A stretch of 63,183 nucleotides of DNA from an uncultured Sulfitobacter sp. (GCA_965363755.1 CBDTVL010000001.1:1-63183), one strand, 5' to 3'; positions 19,443 through 30,736 are shown, counted from the stretch's first letter. Program-made: numbers and translations. Notes: a model not told the origin generated them from the letters alone.

Positions 19443-20411
19443 ATGAAACACGCAGAAACAGTGACATTTGGTGGTTCCGGTCTTGATCGTGGCGCCGAAC
19501 TGCGCGGCGATGTGACCGCTTTGGCACTGGCAGCCGCCAGCCCCGAGGCAAGCGCGGTGTTGTATTGGCGTGGCAAACCGCTGGTTTCGGGCGCTGAGCG
19601 TGATGCATTGGTGCGATTGCCGTTGGATCACGCCGTTCTGGTGGATGCTGCGCTCGACCGCATTCTGCTGGGGCGTGAGGATGATCGGGCAATTTTTGCC
19701 TTCGACCTTACGGGGTGGGAGCCGAGTGATATCGACGAGGCTAAGCTGGGGGCCTTTTTTGACCCGAGCGAGCAAAATCACCCAGCATTGCCGCCAGATC
19801 ATGTTTTTGCTGAGTTGCGCGGTGTGATGACGCATCTGAGCGCCCGAGATGCGGAACTCGCCGCCACTGGAAAGGCAATCTTTGCCTGGCATCAGAGCCA
19901 CGGTTACTGCGCGCGCTGCGGGGCTAAGACCGACATGGCGCAAGCCGGCTGGCAGCGAGATTGTGCGGCATGTGGCGGGCACCACTTTCCGCGCACTGAT
20001 CCGGTTGTGATCATGCTGATCACTCACGGCAATTCAGTCTTGATGGGGCGTTCGCCGGGATGGCCGGACGGCATGTATTCTTTGCTGGCCGGATTTGTCG
20101 AACCCGGTGAAACGCTCGAGGCCGCGGTCCGTCGCGAAGTCATGGAAGAGGCCGGGATCAAAGTCGGACCGGTGTCATATCTCGCCAGTCAGCCGTGGCC
20201 GTTTCCTGCGTCGCTTATGTTTGGCTGCGCCGGCGTCGCGCTGACAAACGAGATCACCATTGATCCGACCGAAATTGAAGACGCGATGTGGGTCACCCGT
20301 GAAGAAATGATGGATGCGTTTGCCGGCACCCACCCTAAACTGCACCCAGCCCGAAAAGGGTCGATCGCCCATTTTGTTCTGCGAAACTGGCTTGCGGATT
20401 CACTGGATTAA
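19443..20411 (+). CDS. nudC: NAD(+) diphosphatase NudC
   Basis: CARCG...CAACG zinc ribbon, FPRTDP, Nudix box GFVEPGETLEAAVRREVMEEAG, SQPWPFP. Confidence 0.95.
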   Translation: MKHAETVTFGGSGLDRGAELRGDVTALALAAASPEASAVLYWRGKPLVSGAERDALVRLPLDHAVLVDAALDRILLGREDDRAIFAFDLTGWEPSDIDEAKLGAFFDPSEQNHPALPPDHVFAELRGVMTHLSARDAELAATGKAIFAWHQSHGYCARCGAKTDMAQAGWQRDCAACGGHHFPRTDPVVIMLITHGNSVLMGRSPGWPDGMYSLLAGFVEPGETLEAAVRREVMEEAGIKVGPVSYLASQPWPFPASLMFGCAGVALTNEITIDPTEIEDAMWVTREEMMDAFAGTHPKLHPARKGSIAHFVLRNWLADSLD

Positions 20412-20477
20412 CGCAATGGTTAGCGAACTCATGCAACAGACGTCCAAGACACAACTGCGCGCAGGCAGACAACAGCT

Positions 20478-20954
20478 ATGAAATTTTCGACTCGAGAAGA
20501 CATCAACGCACCGATTGAACAGGTGTTTGAGATGTTGTCGGAATTTCACGCCTATGAACGCAGCGCCCTGCGACGGGGGGCGGAGGTTCGGCGTGTTGAT
20601 CGGCTGACTGTGCCGGGCGTCGGTATGATGTGGAAAGCCGCATTCGTGATGCGAGGAAAATCGCGTAAACTGGATATAACTTTAGCAGAATATGACCAGC
20701 CCAATTGCATGGTTTTCTCATCGGTATCTACAGGGCTCACTGGCCAACTTTCACTGGACTTGATGGCGATGTCTCGGACCCGCACCCGGGTCTCTGTGGC
20801 GCTTGAACTGAAACCACAGAACCTGTCAGCGCGGCTATTGATCCAGTCCCTTCGGCTGGCAAAATCCAATTTGACGAAACGGTTCAAGCAACGCGTTTCT
20901 GATTTTGCCAGGGATATCGAAGAGCGGCAGAGTTCAATTTCTCAGACCTACTAA
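20478..20954 (+). CDS. SRPBCC (START-like) family protein
   Basis: MKFSTREDINAPIEQVF start; 158 aa helix-grip pattern. Confidence 0.75.
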   Translation: MKFSTREDINAPIEQVFEMLSEFHAYERSALRRGAEVRRVDRLTVPGVGMMWKAAFVMRGKSRKLDITLAEYDQPNCMVFSSVSTGLTGQLSLDLMAMSRTRTRVSVALELKPQNLSARLLIQSLRLAKSNLTKRFKQRVSDFARDIEERQSSISQTY

Positions 20955-21784
20955 GACCGGCCTGGGTCAGCTGGATAAACGCCCAGGATTTCGAGCATGT
21001 CAGTGAAATAATCCAACTCCTCAAGGGCGAGTTTTACAGAGGTGTCGTCGGGGTGTCCTTCAATGTCAGCATAAAACTGGGTGGCAGTGAAGGATCCGCC
21101 GACCATGTAGCTTTCCAGCTTGGTCATGTTTACGCCATTTGTGGCAAACCCGCCCATCGCCTTGTAGAGCGCTGCGGGAATGTTGCGGACCTGAAACACG
21201 AAGCTGGTAATCATGCCGTGATCGCCTCGGCGCGTTGTGTTCGCATCGCGTGACATAATCAGAAAACGGGTTCTGTTATTGCCCTGATCCTCGATGTGGC
21301 GGGCAAGCACGTCCAGTCCGTAGATCTCGGCCGCAAGTTCTGACGCCAGCGCCGCAACCTGCGGATCGCCTTCCTGCGCAATATGTTTGGCCGAGCCGGC
21401 AGTATCTGCTCCGGTGATCCGCTGAATGCCATGCTGCTCAAGGAACTTCTTGCACTGGCCCAGAAGCACGGTGTGGCTCATGGCGGACTGCACGTCGGAA
21501 AGAGAGGTGTTTGGCACCGCGAGCAGGTTTATGTGAACCCGCACGAACGCCTCCTCGATAATATGTAATCCGGATTTGGGCAGCAGGGAATGGATATCGG
21601 CAACCCGGCCATAGGTAGAATTTTCGACCGGCAGCATTGCCAAATCAGCGCTGCCAGTACTGACAGCGGAAATTGCGTCCTCAAACGTGCGGCAGGGCAA
21701 AGCTTCCATTTTTGGACGGGCCTTGCGGCAGGCCTCGTGTGAATAGGCACCAAGCTCTCCTTGAAAAGCAATTTTTTGGGTCAT
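20951..21784 (-). CDS. pheA: Prephenate dehydratase
   Basis: IAFQGELGAYS, PVENS, NRTRF, NMTKLES ACT domain. Confidence 0.95.
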   Translation of the reverse strand: MTQKIAFQGELGAYSHEACRKARPKMEALPCRTFEDAISAVSTGSADLAMLPVENSTYGRVADIHSLLPKSGLHIIEEAFVRVHINLLAVPNTSLSDVQSAMSHTVLLGQCKKFLEQHGIQRITGADTAGSAKHIAQEGDPQVAALASELAAEIYGLDVLARHIEDQGNNRTRFLIMSRDANTTRRGDHGMITSFVFQVRNIPAALYKAMGGFATNGVNMTKLESYMVGGSFTATQFYADIEGHPDDTSVKLALEELDYFTDMLEILGVYPADPGRS

Positions 21785-21903
21785 GTGGCCCTGTCCTTGT
21801 CATTTTGTGACTCAAAGGTCGTTTGGTCGCGCTAACTATACCTTGCCTCAGAGAAGGGGAAGCAATAGATACGCGCCAAGCGCAAGTTATGGAACACGGA
21901 TCA

Positions 21904-22413
21904 ATGTTTGACACGATGACATTCACCAAGATCGCAGCCGGCCTATGTGGGGCCCTTTTGGTCTTTCTGCTGGGCAAGACTGCGGCAGACGCACTTTATA
22001 CTTCGCACGGTCACGGCGAGCAATCTTATGTGATCGATACCGGTGCTGAAGACTCCGGTGATTCTGAAGAGACCGGACCAAGCTTTGAAGAGATGATGGC
22101 CTCAGCCGACGTTGGCAAAGGCGCGAAAGTCTTTAAGAAATGTGGCGCCTGCCACAAGGCGGAAGACGGAGCAAACAGCACTGGCCCTTACCTTTATGGC
22201 GTTGTTGGTCGTGACAAAGGATCAGCCTCTGGCTTTGGGGCCTATTCATCGACCTTGACCAGCATGGAAGGCGACTGGACCCCGGAAAACCTAGACGGCT
22301 TCCTAACCAAGCCAAAGGATTACGCACCGGGCACCACAATGGCGTTTGCCGGCCTGAAAAAGGCACAAGATCGCGCCAATCTGATTGCGTATCTGGACAG
22401 CCTGGACGATTGA
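21904..22413 (+). CDS. cycM: Membrane-anchored class I cytochrome c (cytochrome c552/cy type)
   Basis: MFDTMT N-terminal anchor, CGACH, GPYL, PGTTMAFAG. Confidence 0.88.
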   Translation: MFDTMTFTKIAAGLCGALLVFLLGKTAADALYTSHGHGEQSYVIDTGAEDSGDSEETGPSFEEMMASADVGKGAKVFKKCGACHKAEDGANSTGPYLYGVVGRDKGSASGFGAYSSTLTSMEGDWTPENLDGFLTKPKDYAPGTTMAFAGLKKAQDRANLIAYLDSLDD

Positions 22414-22436
22414 TCACTTCCCAATCCTGTTTTATT

Positions 22437-22469
22437 GACCGCTTTCGCGCCCCGAGAGCGGTCTTTTTT
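22437..22469 (+). terminator. Rho-independent terminator after cycM
   Basis: GACCGCTTTCG...CGAGAGCGGTC followed by T6. Confidence 0.8.
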
Positions 22470-22603
22470 CATGGTAGGCGCATAACTGAGGTCAAATCAG
22501 CTTGTCCCGATCAATTCGGGCCTTGAATCTTGGCGTTCTCGCCCCTTAGCTTTAATATGCAATACAGCAGACCAACTTGCGACGATGATCAAAAGGACAA
22601 CGA

Positions 22604-24553
22604 ATGCGCCAGATGACCCGATCCCGTGCCAAATCCCATGCCGTAGCCGCACGCCAAAACCGGAGATGGACCATTGTGGCAGCCGGGATCACCTTGATTT
22701 GGATGCTGATGATTGCTGCCCCGGTAAAGGCGCAGGAAGGCGATATGATCATCAGCCATGGCTATTCCTATTTTGGTGATCTTCAATACCCTGCCGATTA
22801 CACTCATTTTAGTTACGTAAACCCCGATGCGCCGAAGGGCGGAGAGATTTCGTTGGCGGTCGGCGGCACGTTTGATTCAATGAACCCGTACACCCGAAAA
22901 GGCCGGTCAGGGGCGCTGTCGACAGTGATGTACGAAAGCCTGCTGGGTCAGGTTCTGGCTGGGTCGGGCGCCCTGCCTGCGGATGCTCCAAACGACATGT
23001 ACGGCCTGTTGGCCGAGAGCCTTGAATACCCGACGACCAAAGATTGGGTCATTTTCCATATGCGACCTGAGGCCCGGTTTTCCGATGGCAATCCGGTTAC
23101 AGCGCATGATGTGTACTTTAGCCACAATCTGCTGCTGGATGAAGGTCTGAAATCCTACGGCGATGCAGTGCGCGCGCGCATACCCAAGGCTGAAGTCATT
23201 GACGACCACACAATCAAATTCTATTTCACCGAAGGCATTTCCCGTCGCAGTCTGATTGATCAGGTCGGCACAGTGCCAGTTTGGTCGCGCAAATGGTACG
23301 GAGAAACCGGCGCCAAGCTGGACGAGAGCCGTTTGGAGATATCACCCGGGTCCGGCCCTTATGTTGTGGACAGTATCGATGTGAACCGACGCGTGAGTTT
23401 CAAGCGCAATCCAGATTATTGGGGCTGGCATCTGCCGATCAACAAAGGGCGGCACAATTTCGACAACATCCGTATCGAATATTTTGCGGATCAGACTGCG
23501 GCATTCGAGGCATTCAAGGCGGGCGAAGTGACTGTCAGAACCGAATCCGACCCCAAGAAATGGGCATCGCAGTACGATTTCCCGGCGATCCAAAGTGGTC
23601 AGGTGATCAAAGCCGAGCTGCCGGACGGGCAACCGCCAGCGGTCACCGGGATAGTCTTCAATCTTGGCCGTGAAGCTCTCAAAGACAAACGGGTGCGTCA
23701 GGCGGTAGCGCTGGCGTTTAATTTTGAGTGGACTAACAAGTCGCTGCTTTACGGCCTGTTTGCACAACAACAATCGTTTTCGGACGGCAGTCCGCTGATG
23801 TCAGCGGGTGTACCGGAAGGAAGTGAACTGGCCTTTCTGCAATCGCTTGGGGATATCGTTCCATCCGACCTTTTGACATCTGAGCCGGTAATTCCGCACA
23901 CATCTGACGAAGACCGGTTGACGAGCCGGCGCAATATCCGCAAAGCCATGAAGTTGCTGGACGAGGCGGGCTGGGCAGTCGGAACTGACGGGGTGCGACG
24001 TTCTATAGACGGCACGGTGCTCAAACTTGATTTTCTGCTAAATTCCAGTGGGTCCGCGACGGACAAAGCTTTGGCCGAGAACTATGTCGCCAATCTGATT
24101 ACCATGGGGATAAACGCGAAACTCGAAGCAGTGGACTCCTCGCAATATACAAACCGCGAGCGCGACCGCGACTATGATCTTGTCTTTGACGGGTATCCCG
24201 CACTGCAGGGAACCGGCACAGGCCTGGCGCAGCGGCTTGGCTCTGAGGCGGCGGCGTTCAGCCTGTTCAACCCGGCGGGTTTGGCCAGTCCGATGGTCGA
24301 CGCCATCATCGCGGCGTCCCTGCAAAGTGAAAGCCAGGAAGAAGAGGACATGATGATGCGCGCACTTGACCGCGCGTTGCGTTTCGAGTTTTTCATCATA
24401 CCGGACGGCTTTAAACCTGATTATTGGGTGGCCTATTTCGATCAGTATGAACACCCTGAAGTGATCCCGCCTTATGCGCTGGGTACGCTGGATTTTTGGT
24501 GGTTCAATGCAGATAAAGCGGCCGCGCTTAAGGCCGCTGGCGTGCTGAGGTAA
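22604..24553 (+). CDS. yejA: Peptide ABC transporter substrate-binding protein (YejA family)
   Basis: HFSYVNPDAPKGG, GTFDSMNP, ARFSDG.PVTA.DV, GSGPY. Confidence 0.9.
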   Translation: MRQMTRSRAKSHAVAARQNRRWTIVAAGITLIWMLMIAAPVKAQEGDMIISHGYSYFGDLQYPADYTHFSYVNPDAPKGGEISLAVGGTFDSMNPYTRKGRSGALSTVMYESLLGQVLAGSGALPADAPNDMYGLLAESLEYPTTKDWVIFHMRPEARFSDGNPVTAHDVYFSHNLLLDEGLKSYGDAVRARIPKAEVIDDHTIKFYFTEGISRRSLIDQVGTVPVWSRKWYGETGAKLDESRLEISPGSGPYVVDSIDVNRRVSFKRNPDYWGWHLPINKGRHNFDNIRIEYFADQTAAFEAFKAGEVTVRTESDPKKWASQYDFPAIQSGQVIKAELPDGQPPAVTGIVFNLGREALKDKRVRQAVALAFNFEWTNKSLLYGLFAQQQSFSDGSPLMSAGVPEGSELAFLQSLGDIVPSDLLTSEPVIPHTSDEDRLTSRRNIRKAMKLLDEAGWAVGTDGVRRSIDGTVLKLDFLLNSSGSATDKALAENYVANLITMGINAKLEAVDSSQYTNRERDRDYDLVFDGYPALQGTGTGLAQRLGSEAAAFSLFNPAGLASPMVDAIIAASLQSESQEEEDMMMRALDRALRFEFFIIPDGFKPDYWVAYFDQYEHPEVIPPYALGTLDFWWFNADKAAALKAAGVLR

Positions 24554-24562
24554 CAGAACCCG

Positions 24563-25648
24563 ATGGGCGCCTATATTCTTCGACGGCTGCTGCTGGTCAT
24601 TCCGACCTTGTTTGGCATCATGGTCATCAATTTTGCACTCGTGCAGTTTGTGCCGGGCGGACCGGTGGAGCAGGCGATCGCGCGGTTTCAGGGCGAAGGC
24701 GATGTCTTTGGCGGCTTTGCAGGTGGCGCCGGAGACACAACGCTGACCGAAGGCACCGCATCCGAACAATACATTGGCGCCCGAGGCTTGCCGCCTGAGT
24801 TTATTGCCGAGTTGGAAAAAGAGTTTGGCTTTGACAAACCCCCGCTCGAACGGTTTCTCAACATGTTGTGGAACTATATGCACTTTGATTTCGGCGACAG
24901 TTACTTCCGTTCCATCAGCGTCATCGATCTGATCATTGAAAAGCTTCCGGTGTCGATCACGCTTGGGCTGTGGTCTACGCTGATCGCCTATGCCGTCTCA
25001 ATACCGCTGGGCATTCGCAAAGCCGTCAAGGACGGTTCCCGGTTTGACACATGGACAAGCGGGCTGATCATCGCGGCCTATGCGATTCCGGGGTTCCTGT
25101 TTGCTATTCTGCTGCTGGTGTTGTTCGCGGGGGGATCCTACTGGCAGGTTTTCCCACTGCGTGGGCTGACCAGCGACAATTGGGAACAAATGTCCTGGCT
25201 GGGTAAGATTGGGGATTACTTCTGGCATATCACCCTGCCTGTGCTGGCAGGGACAATCGGTGCCTTTGCCACCCTGACGTTGCTCACCAAGAACAGCTTT
25301 CTGGACGAGATCAAAAAACTCTACGTCATGACCGCGCGCGCCAAGGGCCTATCTGAGCGACAGGTGCTCTATGGACACGTGTTTCGCAATGCGATGCTGA
25401 TCGTGATTGCGGGATTTCCGGCCGTGTTTATCAGCGTGTTTTTTGGCGGATCGCTGATCATCGAAACGATCTTTTCGCTGGATGGGTTGGGACGCCTTGG
25501 CTTTGAGGCGGCGGTGGCACGGGACTATCCGATTGTCTTTGGCACGTTGTTCATATTCGGCCTGATGGGGCTCGTGGTCGGCATCATTTCTGATCTCATG
25601 TATGTTCTGGTTGATCCGCGCATTGATTTTGAACGGAGGCAGGGCTGA
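24563..25648 (+). CDS. yejB: Peptide ABC transporter permease YejB
   Basis: [29 protein letters not shown] loop, VDPRIDF. Confidence 0.93.
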   Translation: MGAYILRRLLLVIPTLFGIMVINFALVQFVPGGPVEQAIARFQGEGDVFGGFAGGAGDTTLTEGTASEQYIGARGLPPEFIAELEKEFGFDKPPLERFLNMLWNYMHFDFGDSYFRSISVIDLIIEKLPVSITLGLWSTLIAYAVSIPLGIRKAVKDGSRFDTWTSGLIIAAYAIPGFLFAILLLVLFAGGSYWQVFPLRGLTSDNWEQMSWLGKIGDYFWHITLPVLAGTIGAFATLTLLTKNSFLDEIKKLYVMTARAKGLSERQVLYGHVFRNAMLIVIAGFPAVFISVFFGGSLIIETIFSLDGLGRLGFEAAVARDYPIVFGTLFIFGLMGLVVGIISDLMYVLVDPRIDFERRQG

Positions 25649-25649
25649 T

Positions 25650-26756
25650 ATGGCATTGTCACCGCTGAACCAGCGCCGTGTGCGCAATTTCAAACGTAAC
25701 CGGCGCGCCTATTGGTCACTGATGATCTTCTCGGTTCTTTTTGGATTGTCGCTGTTTGCTGAATTCATCGCCAACGACAAACCGATCCTAGTGCAATATC
25801 GCGGCGAGTATTTCACACCGATCTTCAACTTTTATCCCGAAACGGATTTTGGCGGTGATTTCAAAACCGAAGCGATCTATCGCGATCCTGAGGTGAAGTG
25901 CCTGATCGCGACGGGTGGGCTTGAGGGTTGTTTCGACGACCCCGAGGCACTGATCGTTGAGGCCAAAAGCGGCGTGATAGACGGCAAAGCGATCGAAAAG
26001 GGCTGGGCGATCTGGCCGCTTATCCCTTATTCGTACAAAACGGCGGTTGATCGCCCCGGTGCGGCACCGCTGCCGCCAAATGCGCAAAACTGGTTGGGTA
26101 CCGATGATGCCAAGCATGACGTGCTGGCGCGAGTAATCCATGGGTTCCGTCTGTCGATCCTGTTCACCCTGTTTGTGACCGGAGCGGCATCACTGATTGG
26201 GGTCGCGGCCGGGGCTGTGCAGGGCTATTTCGGCGGCTGGCTTGATCTGATTTTTCAGCGATTTATCGAGATTTGGTCTGCCATACCGTTCCTGTATGTG
26301 ATCATCATCATGTTTGCGATTTTAGGACGCAGTTTTTGGCTGCTTGTCTTCCTTTTGGTGATCTTTAGCTGGACAAGTTTGGTCGGCGTGGTGCGCGCTG
26401 AATTTCTGCGCGCCCGAAATCTGGAATATGTCCGTGCCGCCAAGGCGCTGGGAGTCGGCAACGTCACCATCATGTTCCGCCACATGCTGCCTAATGCGAT
26501 GGTCGCGACGCTGACCATGCTTCCCTTTATTGTGACGGGCACCATCGGCACGCTCGCCAGCCTTGACTATCTGGGGTTTGGATTGCCGTCTTCGTTGCCG
26601 TCTCTGGGAGAGCTCACATTGCAGGCGAAACAGAACCTGCAGGCGCCGTGGCTTGCCTTCACCGCGTTTACCGTCTTTGCTGCCATGCTGTCGCTGCTCA
26701 TCTTCATATTTGAGGGCATCCGCGACGCCTTTGACCCACGAAAGACCTTTTCATGA
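25650..26756 (+). CDS. yejE: Peptide ABC transporter permease YejE
   Basis: LSPLNQRR..NFKRNRR, IANDKP, WLGTDD, EYVRAAKALG, DAFDPR. Confidence 0.93.
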   Translation: MALSPLNQRRVRNFKRNRRAYWSLMIFSVLFGLSLFAEFIANDKPILVQYRGEYFTPIFNFYPETDFGGDFKTEAIYRDPEVKCLIATGGLEGCFDDPEALIVEAKSGVIDGKAIEKGWAIWPLIPYSYKTAVDRPGAAPLPPNAQNWLGTDDAKHDVLARVIHGFRLSILFTLFVTGAASLIGVAAGAVQGYFGGWLDLIFQRFIEIWSAIPFLYVIIIMFAILGRSFWLLVFLLVIFSWTSLVGVVRAEFLRARNLEYVRAAKALGVGNVTIMFRHMLPNAMVATLTMLPFIVTGTIGTLASLDYLGFGLPSSLPSLGELTLQAKQNLQAPWLAFTAFTVFAAMLSLLIFIFEGIRDAFDPRKTFS

Positions 26757-28333
26757 CCGCGCTGCTGGACGTGCAGAACCTTAGCGTGTCGTTTCGACAG
26801 GATGGGGCCTCGACCTATGCGGTCAAGGGCGTCAGCTTTACGCTCAACCGGGGTGAAACTGTTGCGCTGGTGGGGGAAAGTGGATCAGGTAAATCTGTCA
26901 CTGCCCTCAGCACCGTGTCGCTGCTGGGTGACAGCGCAAGTGTTGACGGTTCGGTGACCTATGAAGGCCAGCAAATGATTGGCGCGGACGAGGCGTTGTT
27001 GCGCAAGGTGCGTGGGAATGACATCAGCTTTATCTTTCAGGAACCGATGACGTCGCTTAATCCGCTGCACACACTGGAACGGCAGTTGACCGAGAGCATC
27101 GCCTTGCATCAGGGACTGGTCGGTCAGGCGGCGCAGGATCGTATCATCGAACTGTTAAACAAGGTTGGCATCCGCGACCCGGAAAGCCGCCTGGGGGCCT
27201 ATCCGCATCAGCTGAGCGGTGGTCAGCGACAACGGGTGATGATTGCAATGGCGCTGGCCAACAAGCCAGACGTGCTGATTGCAGACGAGCCAACAACCGC
27301 GCTTGACGTGACCATTCAGGCCCAAATCCTGGAATTACTGAAAGATTTAAAAGACAGCGAAGGCATGGGTCTTTTGTTCATCACGCATGATCTGGGAATC
27401 GTACAGCGTATCGCCGACCGGGTTTGTGTGATGAAAGACGGTGAAATTGTCGAAGCCGGTCCAACCGCCCAGATTTTTGCCAATCCCCAGCACCCTTATA
27501 CTATCAAACTGCTCAGTGCGCATGCAGTTGGTCAACCCGATCCGGTGCCCGAAGGGGCCCCAGAGATCGCCAGTACAAAAAACCTGAAAATATGGTTTCC
27601 GATCCAAAAAGGTCTGTTGAAACGCACGGTTGGATACGTCAAGGCGGTCAATGACGCCACAATTTCGGTGCGGGCCGGCGAGACGCTTGGCATTGTCGGC
27701 GAAAGTGGCTCAGGCAAGACGACGCTGGCCCTTGCTATCATGCGTCTGATCGCATCCGAAGGCGGGATCACCTACATGGATCAGGACGTGCGCCGGTGGT
27801 CCAGCCGCGAATTGCGCAGATTGCGCAAAGATATGCAGATTGTGTTTCAGGACCCATTTGGCTCCCTGTCGCCGCGCATGACGTGCGCGCAAATCATTTC
27901 CGAGGGGCTCACGATCCACAAGGTCGATCCGGAGCGCGCGCCGCGTGAACTTGTGACCGAAGTTATGATCGAGGTCGGTCTGGATCCTGCGGTCATGGAC
28001 CGTTATCCGCATGAGTTTTCCGGCGGCCAGCGCCAACGCATCGCTATCGCCCGCGCCATGGTTCTGCGCCCCAAGCTTCTTGTTCTGGACGAGCCGACAT
28101 CAGCACTTGATATGACCGTGCAAGTGCAAATTGTGGATCTGCTGCGCGATTTACAGGCAAAATACGGTTTGGCCTATCTGTTCATTTCCCACGACCTCAA
28201 AGTGGTGCGGGCAATGTCGCACAAGGTGATGGTGATGAAGCAGGGTGACGTTGTGGAATATGGTGACGCGGTTGAATTGTTTGACAACCCGCAGTCGGAA
28301 TACACACAGACACTGATGAAAGCGGCCGGATAA
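26753..28333 (+). CDS. yejF: Peptide ABC transporter fused double ATPase YejF
   Basis: Two GESGSGK Walker A motifs, two YPH(Q/E)xSGGQRQR, two DEPT. Confidence 0.92.
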   Translation: MTALLDVQNLSVSFRQDGASTYAVKGVSFTLNRGETVALVGESGSGKSVTALSTVSLLGDSASVDGSVTYEGQQMIGADEALLRKVRGNDISFIFQEPMTSLNPLHTLERQLTESIALHQGLVGQAAQDRIIELLNKVGIRDPESRLGAYPHQLSGGQRQRVMIAMALANKPDVLIADEPTTALDVTIQAQILELLKDLKDSEGMGLLFITHDLGIVQRIADRVCVMKDGEIVEAGPTAQIFANPQHPYTIKLLSAHAVGQPDPVPEGAPEIASTKNLKIWFPIQKGLLKRTVGYVKAVNDATISVRAGETLGIVGESGSGKTTLALAIMRLIASEGGITYMDQDVRRWSSRELRRLRKDMQIVFQDPFGSLSPRMTCAQIISEGLTIHKVDPERAPRELVTEVMIEVGLDPAVMDRYPHEFSGGQRQRIAIARAMVLRPKLLVLDEPTSALDMTVQVQIVDLLRDLQAKYGLAYLFISHDLKVVRAMSHKVMVMKQGDVVEYGDAVELFDNPQSEYTQTLMKAAG

Positions 28334-28464
28334 ATATCGTTCCGCTGATGTGGCTAATACGGGATCATATTAACTGGCCTCGGAGAGATTTGAAGCGGCT
28401 TTTGAAAGCATCATAGACAAACGGGTTTTGATCAGCTTTGCAAGAATCTCGGCGCTGATTTTAC

Positions 28465-29820
28465 CTAAATCGCGGAGCTATGCCCGGCCTTGCTCAGATC
28501 ATATGCATCAAAGCTACGCGCGATGATCCGCGTCAGCACCCGCGCTTCCTGAGGTACAAACAATCCGGTCTCGTCTATTTGCAACAGACCATCGAACTCC
28601 GCTGCGGCGGATTTCAGCAGATCCATGATCTCGTTCCTAGAAACCCCGAAGCGTGTCGAGATTTCATTCGCATCAATACGGAAATCACACATCACGGCCT
28701 CGATCAAGCGGGCCCGCAACTTATCCTCGCCAGCAAAGACATGGCCGCGCGCCGTCGAAAACTGCCCATCGCGAATGGCGCCAGTATAGGCGGATGTAGC
28801 CGAAGCGTTCTGGGCAAATCCTTGTGGGAATCGCGAAATTGAGGAGGCGCCCAAACCGATCAGCACGTCCGACGTATCGTCAGTATAGCCCTGAAAATTG
28901 CGGCGCAGTTTGCCAGCCTTTTGCGCGATGCTTAGCCCGTCCGATTTGGTGGCAAAATGGTCAATCCCGATCTCGTTGTAATTGTCCCACAAAAACAGCT
29001 GACGGGCGGTGTCAAACAGGTCCAACCGTTCCGAGGGAGTCGGCAGCGCATCCGAGGGAATCATGATCTGGCGCCGTGCCATCCACGGCACATGCGCATA
29101 CCCATAAAGCGCCACGCGATCCGGATTCAGTGACAGAAGTTTTTGCACTGATGTCGTAATGCGTCCTTTATCCTGATGCGGCAGGCCAAATAGGATGTCG
29201 GCGTTCAGACTCTCTATGCCGCGTTCGCGGATCATTACCGTTGCATCGCGTGTGACATCATAGCTTTGGATGCGGCCAATGGCCTGCTGGATCGTATCAT
29301 CAAAATCCTGCACGCCGATGGAAGCACGGTTCATGCCTGCCGCAGCTAAGGCATCCATACGGGTTTCGTCGATCTCGTTGGGGTCGATCTCGACAGAGAA
29401 CTCTGCATTCTGCCCCAGCGGTGTGACCTCAAAGATAGCGCCTGCCAGATCCTCAATCATCGATGGGGACAGCAATGTTGGCGTTCCCCCGCCCCAATGC
29501 AGCCGGTTCAGGGTAACCCCATCAGGCAATTGGGTTTTCAGAAGGGCCAGTTCAGATTTTAGTGTCTCAAGGTAGGCTGCAACAGGCTTGTCACTTTGGG
29601 TGCCTTGCGTGCGGCAGGCGCAGAACCAGCACAAACGACGGCAAAACGGCACATGCGCATAAAGTGAGATTGAGGACCCTTCGGGCACAGACCGGACCCA
29701 TGCGCCGTATTGATCAGGGCCAACTCGATCGCTGAACTGCGGCGCTGTAGGATAGCTGGTGTAGCGTGGCACTTTTGCGTCAAAAAGACCCAGCTTGGCT
29801 AATTGGGATTTCACTGTCAT
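28465..29820 (-). CDS. hemN: Oxygen-independent coproporphyrinogen III oxidase
   Basis: PRYTSYPTA, radical-SAM CRRLCWFC, GGGTP, RNFQGY. Confidence 0.96.
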   Translation of the reverse strand: MTVKSQLAKLGLFDAKVPRYTSYPTAPQFSDRVGPDQYGAWVRSVPEGSSISLYAHVPFCRRLCWFCACRTQGTQSDKPVAAYLETLKSELALLKTQLPDGVTLNRLHWGGGTPTLLSPSMIEDLAGAIFEVTPLGQNAEFSVEIDPNEIDETRMDALAAAGMNRASIGVQDFDDTIQQAIGRIQSYDVTRDATVMIRERGIESLNADILFGLPHQDKGRITTSVQKLLSLNPDRVALYGYAHVPWMARRQIMIPSDALPTPSERLDLFDTARQLFLWDNYNEIGIDHFATKSDGLSIAQKAGKLRRNFQGYTDDTSDVLIGLGASSISRFPQGFAQNASATSAYTGAIRDGQFSTARGHVFAGEDKLRARLIEAVMCDFRIDANEISTRFGVSRNEIMDLLKSAAAEFDGLLQIDETGLFVPQEARVLTRIIARSFDAYDLSKAGHSSAI

Positions 29821-29855
29821 ATTAATGACCTTAGTAGGGTCATCTTTAACTGATA

Positions 29856-29869
29856 TTGACCCAGATCAA
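29856..29869. promoter_or_regulatory. FNR/FnrL box between divergent hemN and fnrL
   Basis: TTGACCCAGATCAA (TTGA-N6-TCAA). Confidence 0.9.
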
Positions 29870-29884
29870 GCGCGCGAAAGAATC

Positions 29885-30640
29885 ATGGCCCAAAATACAC
29901 GGACACAAACCAGAATATCATCGCAGAGTTGCGCGGATTGCCCTATTCGCCACCGGGCTGTTTGCGCCCGCTGCGATGAAGACGAGTTGCAACGCCTGGA
30001 AGAGATCAAATTCTACCGCTTCTTTGAGGCTGGCCAACCCGTCATCTGGTCCGGGGATCGGATGGATTTTGTTGCATCGGTTGTGTCAGGAATCGCGACA
30101 CTGACCCAAACTATGGAGGACGGTCGCACTCAGATGGTCGGCCTGCTGTTGCCGTCAGATTTTGTCGGTCGTCCGGGTCGAGAAGGTGCGGCCTATAATG
30201 TGACAGCCACCACCGATCTTATGATGTGCTGCTTTCGCAAGAAACCATTTGAGCAGATGATGAACAGCACGCCGCATATTGCCAATCGTCTGCTGGAAAT
30301 GACGTTGGATGAACTGGACGCAGCCCGAGAATGGATGCTGGTTCTGGGGCGAAAGACCGCACGCGAAAAAATTGCCTCTTTGCTATGTATCATCGCCCGG
30401 CGCAATGCCACGCCGACTCTCGGGGACGCGGACCGTCCGACGGCGTTTGAACTGCCTTTGACCCGCGAGGCCATGGCGGATTATTTGGGGTTAACGCTCG
30501 AAACTGTCAGTCGACAGATGTCAGCGCTCAAGAAAGATGGCGTGATTCGTCTCGAAGGTAAGCGCAACGTAACCATTCCGAATCTTGGGCGTTTGTTGGA
30601 AGAGGCGGGTGATGACAGCGACGGCGGGCCGTTGATCTAA
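29885..30640 (+). CDS. fnrL: O2-sensing Crp/Fnr regulator FnrL
   Basis: N-terminal CADC...C..C Fe-S ligands; HTH GLTLETVSR; divergent from hemN. Confidence 0.95.
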   Translation: MAQNTRTQTRISSQSCADCPIRHRAVCARCDEDELQRLEEIKFYRFFEAGQPVIWSGDRMDFVASVVSGIATLTQTMEDGRTQMVGLLLPSDFVGRPGREGAAYNVTATTDLMMCCFRKKPFEQMMNSTPHIANRLLEMTLDELDAAREWMLVLGRKTAREKIASLLCIIARRNATPTLGDADRPTAFELPLTREAMADYLGLTLETVSRQMSALKKDGVIRLEGKRNVTIPNLGRLLEEAGDDSDGGPLI

Positions 30641-30736
30641 AGTTAGGCGTAGGTTCGCCTGAATGGGTAGATTCCTTAAAGAGCTTGGCGAAAAATCACG
30701 CACCTTCACACGTCAAGGTTGTATTTTGTGAAGGCA

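Noticed and set aside
22522..22550. RpoH-like promoter CTTGAA-N14-CCCCTTAG upstream of yejA (and CTATAT boxes before trcR, clpS, ygfZ)
   Set aside because: Spacing and consensus matches too loose to call without TSS data
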